From: Oculatellaceae cyanobacterium bins.114
GTDB taxonomy: Bacteria > Cyanobacteriota > Cyanobacteriia > Elainellales > Elainellaceae
Length of the DNA stretch: 64,000 nt
Assembly (NCBI GenBank): GCA_033764315.1
Contig: JANRJA010000172.1
Location: 14,675 to 78,674 of the forward strand
Reading direction: 5' to 3'
Numbering within the stretch: position 1 is the stretch's first letter; each line of letters opens with the position of its first letter. The notes under the pieces are model-generated. The model did no database searches, was not told the origin of the DNA, and worked only from the letters and a program-made list of their open reading frames with translations. A program made the position numbers and the translations under genes. Below, in pieces: positions 60,871 through 64,000 of this stretch.

Positions 60871-61530
60871 TTACGTTGACGCAAGTTGCTTGCGGATGCC
60901 GAACTGAACCCGCCGCATAGGGTTCGCTGCCCACTGTAAGCTCAGTAAAATGCCGTTGATCGCAAAGGCAAGCACCGAAACAACGATCGCCCCTGCCCAA
61001 ATTTTGTCATAGCGTCCGGTTTGAGCAATGCCATCGAACAGTAAGGTGCCTAATCCTCCCGCTCCAAATTTTGCGCCAATGGTTGCAATGGCGATCGCCA
61101 CAATGGCGGCTAGTCGTAAGCCCGCTAAAAAAATCGGTAACACAAGGGGCACTTGAATTTTCCACCAGCGTTGCCAGAGGTTCATACCCATGCCTTTAGC
61201 TGCTTCCAAAATGGCAGGTTTGATCGACATTAACCCAACGGTGAGGTTGCGAACCAAAATGACCTGGGTATAGAGCACCATAGCCACGATCACCGAACGG
61301 GCATTGAGTCCAAAAACGGGCACTAGTAAAATGATCAGTGCCAGACTGGGAATCGTATACAAAATCCCTAAAGTTCCCAAGATGGGCACGTTTAGCCATC
61401 GATAACGGCTAATGAGCAGAGCCAGCGGTAGAGACACTAACACGGCCAAAATTAAGGTAATCCCTGTCATTTGCAGATGTTCTACTAACAGGTTCAAAAT
61501 AATGGAGGGGTTGGCAAGAATATAGCTCAT
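60871..61530 (-). CDS. Osmoprotectant ABC transporter permease
   Basis: YTIPSLA, EAAKGMGM, GAGGLG. Confidence 0.92.
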   Translation of the reverse strand: MSYILANPSIILNLLVEHLQMTGITLILAVLVSLPLALLISRYRWLNVPILGTLGILYTIPSLALIILLVPVFGLNARSVIVAMVLYTQVILVRNLTVGLMSIKPAILEAAKGMGMNLWQRWWKIQVPLVLPIFLAGLRLAAIVAIAIATIGAKFGAGGLGTLLFDGIAQTGRYDKIWAGAIVVSVLAFAINGILLSLQWAANPMRRVQFGIRKQLAST

Positions 61531-62492
61531 GCACTTGCCTCAAGATTGGCAGAATCACGAATATGCTCTAGGGTGAGAACCCCCACCGCAGAACCGTTGT
61601 CTAACACGGTGAGCTGGGAGGCACCTGTGCGGAGAATTAACGAAAGCGCATTGCGGAGGCTATCGTGGCGGGCGATCGTTGGCTCTCCGGCAAAGGGTTG
61701 TCCTGTAATTGCTTGATTCATGGCAGTTTCAACCCGCAACAAACTGAGTTGACGCACCATGTCATCAGCCCCCATTAGGTCGTACACAAACTGATCAACA
61801 GGTTTAGTGAGAATGTTAAATGGCGTGTCATATTGGACGATTTGCCCTGCCCGCATGATCATGATGTAGTCTGCCAGCCGCAGAGCTTCTTCGACGTCAT
61901 GGGAAACAAACAAAATGGTTTTGTTGAGCTGACGTTGTAACCGCAAAATTTCGTCTTGCAAGGTGGTGCGGGTGATGGCATCGATCGCCCCAAAGGGTTC
62001 ATCCATCAACATCACCTGGGGGTCAGCCGCCAGTGCTCTAGCCAACCCTACTCGTTGTTGTTGCCCGCCTGAGAGTTGCGACGGAAAGCGATCGCGATAT
62101 TCTTCTGGTGGCAATTTGATCAACTCTAGCAATTCATCAGTGCGCAGTTGAGTTCGAGAGCGAGACCACCCCATTAAGTTAGGCACAACTGCAATATTTT
62201 GTGCCACGGTCATGTGAGGAAACAGCCCTGATTGCTGAATTACATAGCCAATTTGCTGCCTCAAAGTCGTTACTTTGACCCGCCGAATATTAGTTTCGTC
62301 AATGTAAATATTGCCCGATGTGGGTTCATACAAGCGATTGACCATTTTGAGCAGAGTGGTTTTGCCACAGCCTGATGGTCCTAAAATGACAACCAGCTTT
62401 CCAGTCTCGACCGTGCAGGTGCAGCGATCGACCGCTGGGCGTGATGCTCCTGGAAACCGCAGCGATACGTCTTCAAAACGAATTGTGCTCAC
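61527..62492 (-). CDS. Osmoprotectant ABC transporter ATPase with CBS-like tail
   Basis: GPSGCGKT, GYVIQ, LSGGQQQR, LMDEPF. Confidence 0.95.
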   Translation of the reverse strand: MSTIRFEDVSLRFPGASRPAVDRCTCTVETGKLVVILGPSGCGKTTLLKMVNRLYEPTSGNIYIDETNIRRVKVTTLRQQIGYVIQQSGLFPHMTVAQNIAVVPNLMGWSRSRTQLRTDELLELIKLPPEEYRDRFPSQLSGGQQQRVGLARALAADPQVMLMDEPFGAIDAITRTTLQDEILRLQRQLNKTILFVSHDVEEALRLADYIMIMRAGQIVQYDTPFNILTKPVDQFVYDLMGADDMVRQLSLLRVETAMNQAITGQPFAGEPTIARHDSLRNALSLILRTGASQLTVLDNGSAVGVLTLEHIRDSANLEASA

Positions 62493-62625
62493 AATGACCT
62501 ATCCCTCTTCCCAACATCGGGTGTTGGCTAATGGTGAAGTGGTTTGGAATGATGAACAAAGTTCCACCTGCCAAACCACCTTCAGTGCAGAAATGCTCTC
62601 TATTTTGACCGTAATTTTGACTGTG

Positions 62626-63549
62626 CTACAGCAGTCCCTCCTGGGTCAAAAACTCTTTTGCTACTTCGGCAGGCTCCCGCTGGTTACCACTGACTTCATA
62701 GTTCAATTTTTGCATGGTTGCATCTGTCAATTTGGGTGCCAGAGCATTCAACGCCTCTGCCAGTCCTTCATGAGTATCGAGTGTTTCTTGCCGCACCACA
62801 GGAGCAATTTGGTAAGGCGGGAAGAGTTGCTTGTCATCTTCCAAGAGCACTAGATTGAATGCACTAATTTCACCGTCGGTGCCAAATGCAACAGCGACAT
62901 CTGCTTCACCATCGACTAATCCCTTATAGCGTAATCCTGGGTCAACGGCTTTATAAGCTTTTAGCTCAAAGTCTCCATATTTTCCTTTGATTCCAGGTAA
63001 GCCATCTTCACGCACTTCAAACTCTGGAGGCCCAATCATCGTCAACTCACTGGCTTTGGCTGCCATCTCTGAAATGGTCTTAACTCCAAATTGAGTCGAA
63101 CCTTCTTGGGTCATCGCCAGGGCTTGGGTGTTGTTCATCGGGGCAGGGTCGAGCCAGACCAAATCAAACTGTTGCTTGTATTCATCAGATACGGTTTTAA
63201 ACACGGCCTGTTGATCACTGCTGACGGGTAGCTTGAGCACGGTCAAAAGCCCGGTGCCTGTGTATTCAGGATAGAGATCAATTTCACCACTGACCAAACC
63301 CGCCTGCGCGACAGGGGTGCCTCCTAGATTCAGCTTGCGCTCGACTTGAAAACCTGCTTTCTCAAGCACAAGAGCATACATCTCGCCAATAATAAATTGC
63401 TCAGTAAAATCTTTAGACCCCACTTTAATGGGTGTAGTAGAGCCACCAGAACCGCTCTCAGTCCCTGTGCCGCCTGTACAGGCAATGATAGTAAATGCAG
63501 TTAAAAGAGCAACGAGAGGCAAAATCAACAGGCGACGAATTGATTTCAT
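62626..63549 (-). CDS. Glycine betaine/choline-type ABC substrate-binding lipoprotein
   Basis: IIAC lipobox, VGSKDFTEQ, YPEYTGT, NNT, REDG, LEDDK..FPPY. Confidence 0.93.
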   Translation of the reverse strand: MKSIRRLLILPLVALLTAFTIIACTGGTGTESGSGGSTTPIKVGSKDFTEQFIIGEMYALVLEKAGFQVERKLNLGGTPVAQAGLVSGEIDLYPEYTGTGLLTVLKLPVSSDQQAVFKTVSDEYKQQFDLVWLDPAPMNNTQALAMTQEGSTQFGVKTISEMAAKASELTMIGPPEFEVREDGLPGIKGKYGDFELKAYKAVDPGLRYKGLVDGEADVAVAFGTDGEISAFNLVLLEDDKQLFPPYQIAPVVRQETLDTHEGLAEALNALAPKLTDATMQKLNYEVSGNQREPAEVAKEFLTQEGLL

Positions 63550-63753
63550 GATGGCATCCTTGGGTCACAGGGCTAAAATCACACATTAAATCTTAGAAAG
63601 ATTAGGAAGTAACAGCAAATATTAAATGCTGTGTATACCTTAATCAGAGATCATACCGGACTGAATTAGGTTTCGGCTTGTTCATTCAGATACAAAAAAT
63701 CAAAGACAGATTGTACTTTTTCCTAATCAGTACCCTCTCACCCTCTCAGTCAT

Positions 63754-63861
63754 TTAAGGCAGCCAGCGAGGGCGCAACCCTGGCAGAGGAAGTTCTTGAG
63801 GTTCTTGTTTGGTTGGGTTTCCAGCTTGATCTAACGTTAGGGGTAAAAACCATAGGCGACT
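63754..63861 (-). pseudogene. Orphan 3' end of a gene interrupted by IS630
   Basis: Open frame SRLWFLPLTLDQAGNPTKQEPQELPLPGLRPRWLP* starting exactly at the TA of the IS end. Confidence 0.6.
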
Positions 63862-64000
63862 AGTGCTGCGTCAAAACTAGGAATTAGGGTTGGCAACTGC
63901 GTCTAGATCGGCGACGGTGTATAAAGCGCGAGGGTGCTTTATGCAGAAGAAATACATTGTCCGATTAAGCGAAGACGAACGGTGTGAGCTACGTGAAGTG
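63861..64000 (+). mobile_element. IS630 family element, left end (runs off the window)
   Basis: TA-GTGCTGCGTCAAAAC end; ORF from 63941 MQKKYIVRLSEDERCELREV. Confidence 0.8.
63941..64000 (+). CDS. IS630 family transposase N-terminus (partial)
   Basis: KKYIVRL...ER..L is the typical IS630 HTH start; GAGG RBS. Confidence 0.78.
   Translation, partial: MQKKYIVRLSEDERCELREV

Noticed and set aside
63678..63863. 61-aa plus-strand ORF
   Set aside because: Antisense to the orphan gene tail; no RBS or motif

Overview
64 kb of a cyanobacterial chromosome: the HIP1 octamer GCGATCGC occurs throughout, and fraC/fraD suggest a filamentous strain. Content is mostly core or signalling genes: comF, infC, wecB, glnB, rdgB, a phosphomutase, gltX, cobO, cbiB, four histidine kinases (one a DXCF cyanobacteriochrome, one with about 10 PAS domains), a diguanylate cyclase and an osmoprotectant ABC transporter. 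The clearest regulatory unit is gifB (IF17) with a glutamine riboswitch and a perfect NtcA box over its promoter. No rRNA, tRNA or CRISPR array was found. Mobile DNA is small-scale: an IS110 remnant, nested MITE-like elements next to a decayed phytochrome-type operon, a dispersed GATCCCCGG inverted-repeat family, REP-like palindromes, and an IS630 element at the right edge that interrupts a gene. The best candidates for undescribed biology are (i) a convergent cell-wall cluster: an M23 protein with HxH changed to NxH, facing a coupled pair of an M23-like lipoprotein and a lysozyme-like protein; (ii) a 27-aa loop shared by two kinases that looks repeat-derived but conserved; (iii) a membrane-anchored protein with an exact 98-aa repeat; (iv) a possible intragenic antitoxin in an Rpn nuclease gene. 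All family calls come from motif recognition by eye; no database search was run.
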